Shown here: in pieces, positions 47,759 through 56,553 of the stretch | How positions within the stretch are numbered: position 1 is the stretch's first letter | Layout of the letters: each line of letters starts with the position of its first letter | Assembly (NCBI GenBank): GCA_002011735.1 | Contig: MTOQ01000013.1 | Span: forward strand, 1-56,553 | Source of the DNA: Nitrospirae bacterium JdFR-81 | GTDB taxonomy: Bacteria; Nitrospirota; Thermodesulfovibrionia; UBA6902 | Reading direction: 5' to 3' | DNA: 56,553 nucleotides | The notes under the pieces: model-generated | Seen by the model: the letters and a program-made list of their open reading frames with translations, nothing else | What the model was told of the DNA's origin: nothing | Databases searched by the model: none | Program-made: the position numbers and the translations under genes

Positions 47759-48825
47759 TATCTCTCCGGCCTTAGCCTCAGTGCCTCTATATCAGCAGAG
47801 GGGTCCTGAAGCCTGTGTATATCCTCGGGCCTGAAGACGCCCCTTTCGGTGATAATCCCGGTGATGTATCTTGCAGGTGTAACATCAAAGGCCAGGTTTC
47901 TCACCTTCACGCCCTCAGGTGCAACCCTGCATCCAAACACAGTGGTCACCTCCTCAGGTGACCTCTCCTCTATTGGTATATACTGACCTGATGGGATCGA
48001 AAAGTCAATACTGCTCAGTGGTGCGGCAACAAAGAACGGGATGCCGTGTTCCTTGCATAATATAGCAAGGGAGTATGTCCCTATCTTGTTTGCGACGTCT
48101 CCATTGGCAACGGTCCTGTCAGTGCCCACTATCGCCAGGTCGATCTCTCCCCTCTGCATCAACGCACCAGCGGTATTGTCAGTGATGAGTGTTACGGGTA
48201 TGTCATCCTGCATGAGCTCCCATGCAGTGAGCCTTGCACCCTGGAGCACCGGCCTTGTCTCATCGGCGATGACATGGATGCGTTTGCCCTCCTCAACGGC
48301 GACCCTGATGGGTGCGGTGGCAGTTCCATATCCACCTGTTGCGAGGGAGCCTGCATTGCAATGGGTTATGATGGTGTCCCCATCTTTTATGAACTCGGCC
48401 CCCCACCTGCCTATCGCCCTGTTCACCTCTATATCCTCCTGTAGCATCCTGTTGGCCTCCTCCACCAGGAAACGCTTGAGGTTCTCAACAGGCTCATCAC
48501 TCCTCTCATTCAGCCCCCTCTTTATCCTGTCCACAGCCCACTGGATATTGACGGCGGTCGGCCTCGTGGACAGCATGGTCTCGAAGATGGGCTCAAGCGA
48601 GTCCATAAACTCCCTGAATCCACTGGCCCTTATCCCCTGCGCACCAATGGCGATACCCATGGCAGCGGCGATGCCTATGGCTGGTGCACCACGGATCCAT
48701 AGCCTCTTTATCCCCTCGGCAACCATCCTGTAATCAGTGCACTCGATATACCTGACCTCAAGCGGCAGTCTGCTCTGATCCAGCATCCTGACCACACCAT
48801 TGACCATCTCGATCGTCTTAACCAT
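47758..48825 (-). CDS. mtnA: Methylthioribose-1-phosphate isomerase
   Basis: IRGAPAIG, RPTAVN, THCNAGSLAT..YGTA, ETRP.LQGARLT, NKIGTY. Confidence 0.94.
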   Translation of the reverse strand: MVKTIEMVNGVVRMLDQSRLPLEVRYIECTDYRMVAEGIKRLWIRGAPAIGIAAAMGIAIGAQGIRASGFREFMDSLEPIFETMLSTRPTAVNIQWAVDRIKRGLNERSDEPVENLKRFLVEEANRMLQEDIEVNRAIGRWGAEFIKDGDTIITHCNAGSLATGGYGTATAPIRVAVEEGKRIHVIADETRPVLQGARLTAWELMQDDIPVTLITDNTAGALMQRGEIDLAIVGTDRTVANGDVANKIGTYSLAILCKEHGIPFFVAAPLSSIDFSIPSGQYIPIEERSPEEVTTVFGCRVAPEGVKVRNLAFDVTPARYITGIITERGVFRPEDIHRLQDPSADIEALRLRPER

Positions 48826-48845
48826 ATATCACTCCTTTATATAAT

Positions 48846-48880
48846 CGTAATGCGTGATCCGTAATGCGTAATGGGTCATG
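48846..48880. repeat. Degenerate heptamer tandem repeat (CGTAATG x5)
   Basis: cgtaatg-cgtgatc-cgtaatg-cgtaatg-ggtcatg. Confidence 0.7.
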
Positions 48881-50120
48881 TGTTTGCCCTCAATCCAGGC
48901 AGTATAGTCATTAAAAGAAGGATGGTGGTTAGGGATATAAGCACGATCACTGTTGCCCATGATATATAATTATAACCTTTTGAGTTTGTAAACTCACCCA
49001 TGATCCTCCTGTTATTCACAAGGGCAAGGGCAAATATAAGGACGAATGGAAGGAGTATCCCGTTCAGAAATGATGACAGGATCATCAGTGTTATCAAAGG
49101 GATCCTGGGGATGAGGACGAGTATTGCCGCGATCACGATGAGGGCGGTATAGATCCACATGAACTCCGGCGCCTCTTTGAATGTCTTGTTGATACCAGCC
49201 TCCCACCCCATGGCCTCACACACATAATAGGCCGTTGCCAGAGGCACGATGATGGCACCAAGCAGGGACGCATTTGCAAGGCTCAGGGCAAAGAGGGCGG
49301 TTGCGTATTTACCTGCGAATGGCCTTAGTGCTATGGCTGCCTCGGATGCCTCGTTTATCCTGATACCATTGGGGAATAGGGTGGTGGCGCATGTAACGAT
49401 GATAAAGAAGGCGATGATATCGGTTATCAGGCATCCGACCACCACATCCAGCTTTGAGAACCTGTAGTCCTCCTTCTTTATCCCCTTTTCGGCTATCGAG
49501 GATTGCAGGTAAAACTGCATCCATGGTGTAACGGTTGTCCCTATTATGGCGATGGTGAGCATGATAAATTCGGATTCCCACTTTATTCTGGGGATGAGTG
49601 TGCCCTCCAGTATCCTGTTCCACTCTGGTTTTGCCATGAAGCCCGAGATCACATATCCAAAATAAAGCAGACACGCAACAAGGAGCACCCTCTCGACGAT
49701 CCTGTAACTGCCCTTTGTTACGAGCAGCCAGATGCCCAGCGCACCAGCAGGGACCATTATATATTTGCTCAGGCCGAATATCTCCATGCTTGCCGCCCAG
49801 CCTGCAAATTCAGCGGTTGTGGTGCCGAAATTGGCTATCATGAGTATTATCATCATGAAGAATGTTATACGAACACCATAGTTCTCCCTTATCAGATCAG
49901 AAAGCCCCTTCCCTGTTACCACCCCCATCCTTGCCACCATCTCCTGTATCACTATGAGGGCCACGGTGGTGGGTATCAGTGTCCAGAGGAGGAGGTAGCC
50001 ATAGCGTGCGCCTGCAACAGAGTAGGTGGTGATACCAGGGGCATCATTGTCGATGGAGGCCGTTATTATCCCAGGCCCTATTATTGCGAGCATGAGTACT
50101 ATATTCTTCCATCTCCTCAT
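48876..50120 (-). CDS. Nramp-related divalent cation (likely Mg2+) transporter
   Basis: GPGIIT..DNDAPGITTY, QEM.ARMG.VTGKG, IGTTVTPWMQFY; ~11 TM segments. Confidence 0.85.
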   Translation of the reverse strand: MRRWKNIVLMLAIIGPGIITASIDNDAPGITTYSVAGARYGYLLLWTLIPTTVALIVIQEMVARMGVVTGKGLSDLIRENYGVRITFFMMIILMIANFGTTTAEFAGWAASMEIFGLSKYIMVPAGALGIWLLVTKGSYRIVERVLLVACLLYFGYVISGFMAKPEWNRILEGTLIPRIKWESEFIMLTIAIIGTTVTPWMQFYLQSSIAEKGIKKEDYRFSKLDVVVGCLITDIIAFFIIVTCATTLFPNGIRINEASEAAIALRPFAGKYATALFALSLANASLLGAIIVPLATAYYVCEAMGWEAGINKTFKEAPEFMWIYTALIVIAAILVLIPRIPLITLMILSSFLNGILLPFVLIFALALVNNRRIMGEFTNSKGYNYISWATVIVLISLTTILLLMTILPGLRANT

Positions 50121-51376
50121 ACACTCCTCCTCTTCCTTGATGGTGATGGCAGGAGGATATCCATGATATCATCAATGGTGACTATCCCGAGGAGTTCCCC
50201 CTCTGATCCCACGACAGGGATGGCAAGGAGGTTGTACTTGGAGATCATCTCTGCAACCACGTCCTGATCAGCGTCAGGTGTGACGGTCTTCAACTTTGTC
50301 TCCATGATGTCTGCAAGGGTGACATCAGGGGAGGACAGGAGCATGTCCCTCAGAGAAGTGACACCTATCAGCCTCTTGTCTTCATCAATCACATATATGT
50401 AATAGACGATCTCTATCCCGTGGGCATCTATCTTGAACCTCTCGATCGCCTCGCCGACCTTTATATCAGGTGGATAGGCGATGAACTGGGTGGTCATGAG
50501 GCCACCTGCTGTATCCTCTTCATGTGCGAGCAGTTCCTGTATGTCCTCTGCCTCGTCCTTTGTGATGGACTCCAGTATCTCCTTTGTCTTCTCAGAGCCA
50601 AGCTCCGACAGGAGGTCTGCTGCCTCATCAGGTGGCATCCTCTCCACTATGTCTGATGTGTGTTCCATATCAAGGGCATCGATGATCGATTTCTTAACAC
50701 TGGACTCGAGCTCATGGAGTGTCTCAGCCGCTGTGTTTGGGTCGAGCCCCTTAAAGAGTGCCACGCCCTGCTCATGCGGGACCTTATTGATGAGGTCTGC
50801 TATGTCAGCAGGATGGAGGGCTGATATCATCTGCCTTGGAACGGTGAGCGAGATGGTGGTGAGCTTTGGCTCAAGGGGCTGGATGTAGTTCCATGGTATG
50901 AGGTTATATGGAAGGTTCTTCCCAAAGAGCCTGTAGAAATTTGCGCCCTTCTGTTCCACGCCGAGACGCCTCAGGATGCCCCTTATCCCGACATCCACGG
51001 CAACAAGGCAGGCCTTATTGTTTATGCCCTCAAGCTTTATATCATTGACCCTCACGACCTTGACCCCATTTGCATCGACGATCTGCTTATCGAGTATGTC
51101 CCTTACGATCAGCAGGTCAGCCTCTGACGGCGTGTATGGTTTGATCTTCTGGGCATAGACCCGTGAGGATATAATGCGCTTGTTAAATATTCCCACTGAC
51201 TCCCATTCAAGCCTATAGAGGGCCTTACGATGCTCCAGTATAAGGGCAGAGACCACTGGCAACTGTTTGCCCTTGATGACGATAAAGTCCTTGAGCCTGC
51301 CTATTTCGTCCCCTCTTGGGTCAAGGACAGGCTTTTTGAGAAGCTCGCTGACGAAGAGTTCACCAAAAAGGGGCAT
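50117..51376 (-). CDS. Soluble MgtE N-terminal/CBS-domain protein
   Basis: N-terminal PRC-like repeats, LHPADIAD, DEAADLL, EDTAGGLMT, CBS pair, GIVTIDD; no TM domain. Confidence 0.85.
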   Translation of the reverse strand: MPLFGELFVSELLKKPVLDPRGDEIGRLKDFIVIKGKQLPVVSALILEHRKALYRLEWESVGIFNKRIISSRVYAQKIKPYTPSEADLLIVRDILDKQIVDANGVKVVRVNDIKLEGINNKACLVAVDVGIRGILRRLGVEQKGANFYRLFGKNLPYNLIPWNYIQPLEPKLTTISLTVPRQMISALHPADIADLINKVPHEQGVALFKGLDPNTAAETLHELESSVKKSIIDALDMEHTSDIVERMPPDEAADLLSELGSEKTKEILESITKDEAEDIQELLAHEEDTAGGLMTTQFIAYPPDIKVGEAIERFKIDAHGIEIVYYIYVIDEDKRLIGVTSLRDMLLSSPDVTLADIMETKLKTVTPDADQDVVAEMISKYNLLAIPVVGSEGELLGIVTIDDIMDILLPSPSRKRRSV

Positions 51377-51498
51377 CCCTGTGCTCCATTCTCAGGGTTT
51401 TAAAAGAATGTCAATGTTGAAGTATACATGACAGAGGTCTGTTTCAACAAGGGGGGAATCCTAAGGGGTGAATGGTATGCTGATATTTTTCGTAATCC

Positions 51499-52020
51499 TC
51501 AATCGCTCAGCTCTATCTTTACATCCTTACCCAATGCCCTGACTATCTTCTTCAACACGATTAAGGAGATGTTTTCCTTCCCATTCTCGATGCGGGAGAT
51601 CAGTTGTTGAGAGACCCCTAATTCCTTTGCTAATGCCTTCTGTGACAATCCCTTCTTCTGCCTGATATCTCGCAATTTCTGGCCAACCTCCCTACATATA
51701 TCATCCCTGAACCCTGTCCTTCTCTCCCTCAAGGAGATGCCCTGTCCTTTATATCTTTCTTTCAGCTTTTCAAATATCGCCTGCCAGAAGACTATCCTCC
51801 GGCTCTGCCACCTGTCTTTGCTCATCCTTTTCTTGATCTCTGCCCATCGTCTGCAGAATGTAATGGGGTCTAAATACTCCTTAAACACCATCCGAGGCTC
51901 GCTGTTGCGGGCCAGGAGCAATGCAGCGAGTGGAATGAAATCCCTGTGGTCAGGATTTTTTAAGATCTTCTTTGCCTCGGAGATATTCAGTTCCCTGTCC
52001 CAGAGCCAATTTTTATTCAT
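51499..52020 (-). CDS. Putative antitoxin, XRE-HTH with N-terminal WLWD domain
   Basis: LRDIRQKKGLSQKALAKELGVSQQLISRIENG; overlaps the toxin gene by 4 nt. Confidence 0.75.
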   Translation of the reverse strand: MNKNWLWDRELNISEAKKILKNPDHRDFIPLAALLLARNSEPRMVFKEYLDPITFCRRWAEIKKRMSKDRWQSRRIVFWQAIFEKLKERYKGQGISLRERRTGFRDDICREVGQKLRDIRQKKGLSQKALAKELGVSQQLISRIENGKENISLIVLKKIVRALGKDVKIELSD

Positions 52021-52736
52021 ATACCTTCTATCTCCCTCTCAATGATTCTGTCCACTTCCTCACGAAGGTGTCTCTCCATGCTCCTGTAATCAACCTTCTT
52101 GTCTGTCTTGAGTCTCGGTATTCCATCAATAATGGCCATCCTGTCATATGTCCTATACCAGGTTATTATCCCTTCTTTTATTACAGGGCTGCCGTATCTA
52201 TCCACAAATTCACAGAGGGGCATAAAGGTATGAGAGAGAAAATAAAGATCAAAGAAGTCCTTTGCCTCTGTCCTGCCCCCAGCAAGTCTCTTCCTCCATG
52301 TATTATTAAACACAGGCAATGTCCCTATGAGGGCATGAATCTTTCTCAGATAGATATCCTCCAATGAGAGAACCTTGATCCCGTCCACAATCTTTGGCTC
52401 TTTTATAAGACCAAAGACATCCTCTATAAAATCTATCTTGAGTGTGCTCCTTTGGGTAAAATAAATATAATAAACAACCACCCTGGCCCTATCTCTCTCT
52501 AAGCTCTGCGCAGCAAGCTCTATATCCTTCCTGAGTGTGGTCTTCAGGTGAGAGGCTATCTCATCTATTCGTTTATATGAAAACCCAGGGGTAAAGAAGT
52601 CTAAATCAATGGAGACCCTGTGATGAAAATAGAAGAGGGAGAGGGCTGTGCCTCCGCCAAGATAAAAATCATCTATTTTATAGGAGAGGGTTTTTAAGAC
52701 CTTATCCTGATGCTCTAAGACTTTGTCTCTTCTCAT
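52017..52736 (-). CDS. AbiEii/AbiGii-family nucleotidyltransferase toxin
   Basis: FYLGGGTAL...HRVSIDLDFF, K near DIYLRK, KDFFDLY. Confidence 0.85.
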   Translation of the reverse strand: MRRDKVLEHQDKVLKTLSYKIDDFYLGGGTALSLFYFHHRVSIDLDFFTPGFSYKRIDEIASHLKTTLRKDIELAAQSLERDRARVVVYYIYFTQRSTLKIDFIEDVFGLIKEPKIVDGIKVLSLEDIYLRKIHALIGTLPVFNNTWRKRLAGGRTEAKDFFDLYFLSHTFMPLCEFVDRYGSPVIKEGIITWYRTYDRMAIIDGIPRLKTDKKVDYRSMERHLREEVDRIIEREIEGI

Positions 52737-52742
52737 AGGTCA

Positions 52743-52793
52743 ATGATACAACAAATATGTTGTATTGTCAATATAATTACAACTTATAAGTTG
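52743..52793 (-). promoter_or_regulatory. Toxin-antitoxin promoter with two CAAC-N6-GTTG operators
   Basis: Minus strand TTGACA(52771-66)-N17-TATCAT(52748-43); dyads ATACAACA-N4-TGTTGTAT (52746-65) and CAACTTATAAGTTG (52780-93). Confidence 0.7.
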
Positions 52794-52814
52794 ATATGGT
52801 TTTCGGGGTTTTGA

Positions 52815-53864
52815 TTATCTAATCCTGTAGGCCCTGTTGGTGATTTTAATCTTTCCTTCTAATCCCTCTGTTAAATAAACCCTCTTATTGATATCAACGA
52901 TCACACCGTCAACACCAAGCGACTCAAGGAGGGTTATTGCCCTCTCTGGGGGGAAGATGAACATGGCAGTTGAAAGTCCATCTGTCATAAAGCCCCTGTC
53001 TGCGATGACAGAGGCACTTATTATCGACGATTCCGAGGGATAACCTGTCTTCGGGTCGATGATATGATGATATCGTTTCCCATCCTTTATAAAGAATCTC
53101 TGATAATCCCCTGATGTTGATATGGCCATATCACGCAGGTAGAGGGTTGCGAAGACGCTGTCAGGGTTGTCATCAGGTGGCCTCGGATCCTGTATGCCTA
53201 TATGCCATGGCTGGCCGTTTGGTCTGAGGCCAAAGCCCCTTATATCACCTGCAACCGCAACAAGTGCCGCCTTTATGCCCATCCCTTTTATCACCTCTAT
53301 GGCCCTGTCAGCTGCATAGCCCTTTGCAATCCCTCCAAGGTCGAGCTCCATGCCCCTGACCTCAAGATAGACCTCTGAGTCCTCTTCATTGATCCTTATC
53401 TTTCTGTAATCTATCAGTCTGAGGGCCTCCCTGATGGCCTCCTCAGAAGGTATGGTCTCTGCCCTATCCTGCCTCGAAAAACCCCAGAGTCTTATAACAG
53501 GGCCTATGGCAGGATTGAATGCACCGCCTGTGGCCTCTGATATCTCTATTGCCTTCTTTATTATCTCGATGGTCTCCCTGCTGACCTTTACAGGCCTTAT
53601 TCCGGATGACCTGTTGATCCTGGATATCTCACTCTCAGGGGAGAAGTAATTGAGCAGATGCTCGAGCCTCTCTATCTCATTAAAACCGGCATCTATTGCC
53701 CTGAGGGCCTCCTCCTCTGAAGGGCTCACCACCGTTATGGTGGTGATGGTATCCATTACAACACGGCTCTCCCTGTAGAGCCTGTCCTGTTTGATACAGC
53801 CAGAAGGCAAAAGTGAGAGGCAGAGGACAAGAAGCAGGAGGCCAAGTTTTGATCTGCCCTTCAT
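52815..53864 (-). CDS. apbE: FAD:protein FMN transferase ApbE (lipoprotein)
   Basis: Lipobox-like [49 protein letters not shown]. Confidence 0.93.
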   Translation of the reverse strand: MKGRSKLGLLLLVLCLSLLPSGCIKQDRLYRESRVVMDTITTITVVSPSEEEALRAIDAGFNEIERLEHLLNYFSPESEISRINRSSGIRPVKVSRETIEIIKKAIEISEATGGAFNPAIGPVIRLWGFSRQDRAETIPSEEAIREALRLIDYRKIRINEEDSEVYLEVRGMELDLGGIAKGYAADRAIEVIKGMGIKAALVAVAGDIRGFGLRPNGQPWHIGIQDPRPPDDNPDSVFATLYLRDMAISTSGDYQRFFIKDGKRYHHIIDPKTGYPSESSIISASVIADRGFMTDGLSTAMFIFPPERAITLLESLGVDGVIVDINKRVYLTEGLEGKIKITNRAYRIR

Positions 53865-56374
53865 GCCACCGCCTCTTTGAGGGAGAGCTTCTTCTTTAAG
53901 AATGCACCTGTGAATGATTCAGGGTTCATGGCCACCTCCTCAGGCGTGCCTGTTGCTATCACCCTTCCCCCATCGTCTCCACCCTCTGGTCCGAGGTCTA
54001 TTATATAGTCAGCACATTTTATCACCTCAAGGTTGTGTTCGATCACGATCACCGTGTTTCCGGCATCAACAAGGTCGTTCAGGACATCAAGGAGCTTCTG
54101 GATGTCGAAGAAGTGGAGGCCGGTGGTTGGCTCATCAAGGATGTACAGGGTCTTTCCTGTCGCCTTCTTGCTGAGCTCCCTTGATAGCTTCACCCTCTGG
54201 GCCTCACCCCCTGAGAGCGTTGTGGCAGGCTGTCCGAGCCTTATATAGCCGAGGCCGACCCTCTCAAGGGTGGAGAGTTTGCCCTTTATAGGTGGTATGG
54301 CACTGAAGAAATCGAGTGCCTGTGAGACGGTCATATCTAACACATCTGATATGTCCCTCCCCTTGTACCTTATCTCCAGTGTCTCCCTGTTGTATCTCCT
54401 CCCCTTACACTCCTTGCACGGCACATATACATCAGGCAGGAAGTGCATGGATACCTTTATAAGGCCATCACCCCTGCAGGTCTCGCACCTACCACCAGGG
54501 ACATTGAAGCTGAAACGGGAGGACCTGTAGCCCCTCACCCTTGCCTCGGGTATTCGTGCGAAGAGGCCCCTTATGAATGTAAACACCCCGGTATATGTTG
54601 CGGGGTTTGACCTTGGTGTCCTTCCAAGTGGTGACTGGTCTATATTTATCACCTTATCTATCATCTCCGCACCTATAATGCCCCTGTGTCTGCCAGGTGT
54701 GTCATGCGAGGAGTATAGCCTCCTTGCAAGCGCCTTGTATAGTATCTCGAGGATCAGTGTGCTCTTGCCCGATCCAGATACCCCTGTGACACATGTAAGG
54801 ACACCCAGGGGGATCTCGACATCGATGTCCTTCAGGTTGAACTCCCTGGCACCGAGTATCTTCAGGACACCCTTTGGTCTCCTCCGCCTCTCAGGCACAG
54901 GGATCTCACGCTCATGCCTCAGATATGAGCCTGTGAGTGAGGCAGGTGTGTTTATTATATCTGCCTGACTGCCCTGGGCCACCACATAGCCACCGTCTAT
55001 GCCTGCCCCTGGCCCCATATCAATGATGTGGTCTGCCCTCCTTATGGTCTCCTCATCGTGCTCAACCACTATGACGGTGTTGCCCATGTCCCTCAGACTG
55101 CACAGGCTATCAAGCAGCATGTTACAGTCCCTTGGGTGCAGTCCTATGCTGGGCTCATCAAATATATAAAGCACCCCTGTCAGTGATGAGCCGATCTGGG
55201 TTGCAAGCTTCGTCCTCTGTATCTCACCACCCGAGAGTGTCCTGACAGGTCTGTCAAGGGTGAGATAACCAAGACCGACCTTCTTCAGGAAGAAGAGCCT
55301 CTCCCTTATCTCTTTTAATACCTTCGAGACTATCGCATACTCCCTCTCTGAGAGTTCAAGGTTCTCAACGAACGAGAGGGCGTCCTTGACGCTCATTGAT
55401 GATACCTCTCCTATATTCAGGCCGCTGACCCTGACACCCAGTGCCTCGTCCTTCAGTCTCAACCCATTGCAGGAAGGGCATTTCTCAAACTTCGTGATCT
55501 CCTCTTCCTCATCCTCTATGTCCTTGAAGCCAAGTCCATTACACCTTGGACACGCCCCCTGTGGGCTGTTGAACGAGAAGAACATGGGGTTTATCTCAGG
55601 ATAGCTGATGCCGCATTTTGGGCAGGCGAGCCTTGAGCTGAAGAAGATATCCCTGTCCTCTTCTATAACATTTATTATAACCACATCGGTGAAGGTGAGT
55701 GCGTGGTTGACAGCGATTGATAGGTGTTTATCAATACCTGGTTTTATGACCAGCCTGTCGATCACTATATCGATATTATGCCTCTTGTGTTTGTTCAGCC
55801 TCACCTCTTTTGTGATATCAACAAGCCTCCCGTCTATCCTTGCCCTTATAAAACCCTTTGTCCTCGCCTCATGGAGCTCCTTCTTATGTTCTCCCTTCCT
55901 CCCCACAACGACAGGTGATAGCACCTGTATGCGAGTGCCCTCTGGCAGGGAGACTATGGAGTTTACGATATCCTTCAGACCCTGGGTGGTTATGGGATCC
56001 CCGCATTTATAACAGATCACCTTGCCGATCCTCGTATATAAGACCCTCAGGTAGTCATAGATGTCTGTTATCGTGCCAACAGTGGAGCGGAGGCTCCTTG
56101 AGATACCCTTCTGTTCCACTGCTATCGAGGGAGAGAGGCCCTCGATGGAGTCCACATCCGGTTTCTGTAACTGCTCAAGGAACTGCCTTGCATATGCCGA
56201 GAGGCTCTCCACATACCTCCTCTGACCCTCTGCATAGATCGTGTCAAAGGCCAGCGAGGACTTTCCAGAACCAGAGGGGCCTGTGATCACGGTAAGCCTG
56301 TCACGGGGTATCTGGAGGTCTATATTCTTGAGGTTATGGACCCTTGCGCCCTTGATTACTATACTGTTCAGCAA
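53861..56374 (-). CDS. uvrA: Excinuclease ABC subunit A
   Basis: [28 protein letters not shown], two LSGGE signatures, [10 protein letters not shown], Zn-finger CxxC pairs. Confidence 0.96.
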   Translation of the reverse strand: MLNSIVIKGARVHNLKNIDLQIPRDRLTVITGPSGSGKSSLAFDTIYAEGQRRYVESLSAYARQFLEQLQKPDVDSIEGLSPSIAVEQKGISRSLRSTVGTITDIYDYLRVLYTRIGKVICYKCGDPITTQGLKDIVNSIVSLPEGTRIQVLSPVVVGRKGEHKKELHEARTKGFIRARIDGRLVDITKEVRLNKHKRHNIDIVIDRLVIKPGIDKHLSIAVNHALTFTDVVIINVIEEDRDIFFSSRLACPKCGISYPEINPMFFSFNSPQGACPRCNGLGFKDIEDEEEEITKFEKCPSCNGLRLKDEALGVRVSGLNIGEVSSMSVKDALSFVENLELSEREYAIVSKVLKEIRERLFFLKKVGLGYLTLDRPVRTLSGGEIQRTKLATQIGSSLTGVLYIFDEPSIGLHPRDCNMLLDSLCSLRDMGNTVIVVEHDEETIRRADHIIDMGPGAGIDGGYVVAQGSQADIINTPASLTGSYLRHEREIPVPERRRRPKGVLKILGAREFNLKDIDVEIPLGVLTCVTGVSGSGKSTLILEILYKALARRLYSSHDTPGRHRGIIGAEMIDKVINIDQSPLGRTPRSNPATYTGVFTFIRGLFARIPEARVRGYRSSRFSFNVPGGRCETCRGDGLIKVSMHFLPDVYVPCKECKGRRYNRETLEIRYKGRDISDVLDMTVSQALDFFSAIPPIKGKLSTLERVGLGYIRLGQPATTLSGGEAQRVKLSRELSKKATGKTLYILDEPTTGLHFFDIQKLLDVLNDLVDAGNTVIVIEHNLEVIKCADYIIDLGPEGGDDGGRVIATGTPEEVAMNPESFTGAFLKKKLSLKEAVA

Positions 56375-56553
56375 ATCGCCTTCCCCTGAAAGAGGTTCAA
56401 TCTTAAATATAACCCATAAGGGTTGGAGGATGTCAAATAACGAGGAGGGGAGGTGGTAATGTCAATAGTTTTGTGTAAATTCTTTTAAGGGTTTTCTCCT
56501 CCATTGATCATTTAAGTGACTTATTACTGCATATACTATCCTTTCTATACTCT

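Noticed and set aside
51377-51498. M-box riboswitch before the Mg-transport genes
   Set aside because: The spacer is short and lacks recognisable conserved structure.
56380-56436. LexA/SOS box upstream of uvrA
   Set aside because: Only a short AACCC-N4-GGGTT dyad and a partial GAAC match; no recognised consensus.
1-56553. CRISPR array, tRNA/rRNA, integrase or IS element
   Set aside because: No regularly spaced repeats, RNA-gene signatures, recombinase/transposase motifs or terminal inverted repeats were seen by eye.

Overview
Bacterial chromosomal window from a diderm, probably anaerobic organism. Gene content and AGG/ATA codon bias suggest a Nitrospirota/Thermodesulfovibrionia-like lineage (inference only). 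Core-like blocks are tolQRAB-pal-cpoB-moaA-comEC (146-7980), mqnC/aminopeptidase, rnfCDGEAB (31141-36620), degQ-PIN/TRAM-ispDF, mtnP/apt/mtnA salvage genes, moaC, an Nramp-related transporter with a soluble MgtE-N/CBS partner, apbE and uvrA. Five accessory elements stand out. (1) An AT-richer candidate defence operon at ~10060-17533: a WYL regulator with a palindromic operator, then DUF2130 coiled-coil nuclease, DUF3883 nuclease, McrB with an unrecognised N-terminal domain, McrC, and a beta-CASP RNase J-like gene carrying one in-frame TGA, closed by a terminator. (2) A Csu-type chaperone-usher pilus behind a sigma54 promoter and three phased enhancer dyads. (3) A candidate synthase-dependent polysaccharide locus (CesA-like GT2, beta-barrel, TPR, GT-C, small membrane protein, polyprenol-P GT2). 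(4) A TlpA-like selenoprotein (WATW-U-PWC with a SECIS-like hairpin) that the ORF track splits in two, directly downstream of rnfB. (5) An AbiEii/HTH toxin-antitoxin pair with a leaderless, doubly operated promoter. No rRNA, tRNA, CRISPR array, integrase or transposase was seen. All product calls are from motif recognition; no database searches were run.
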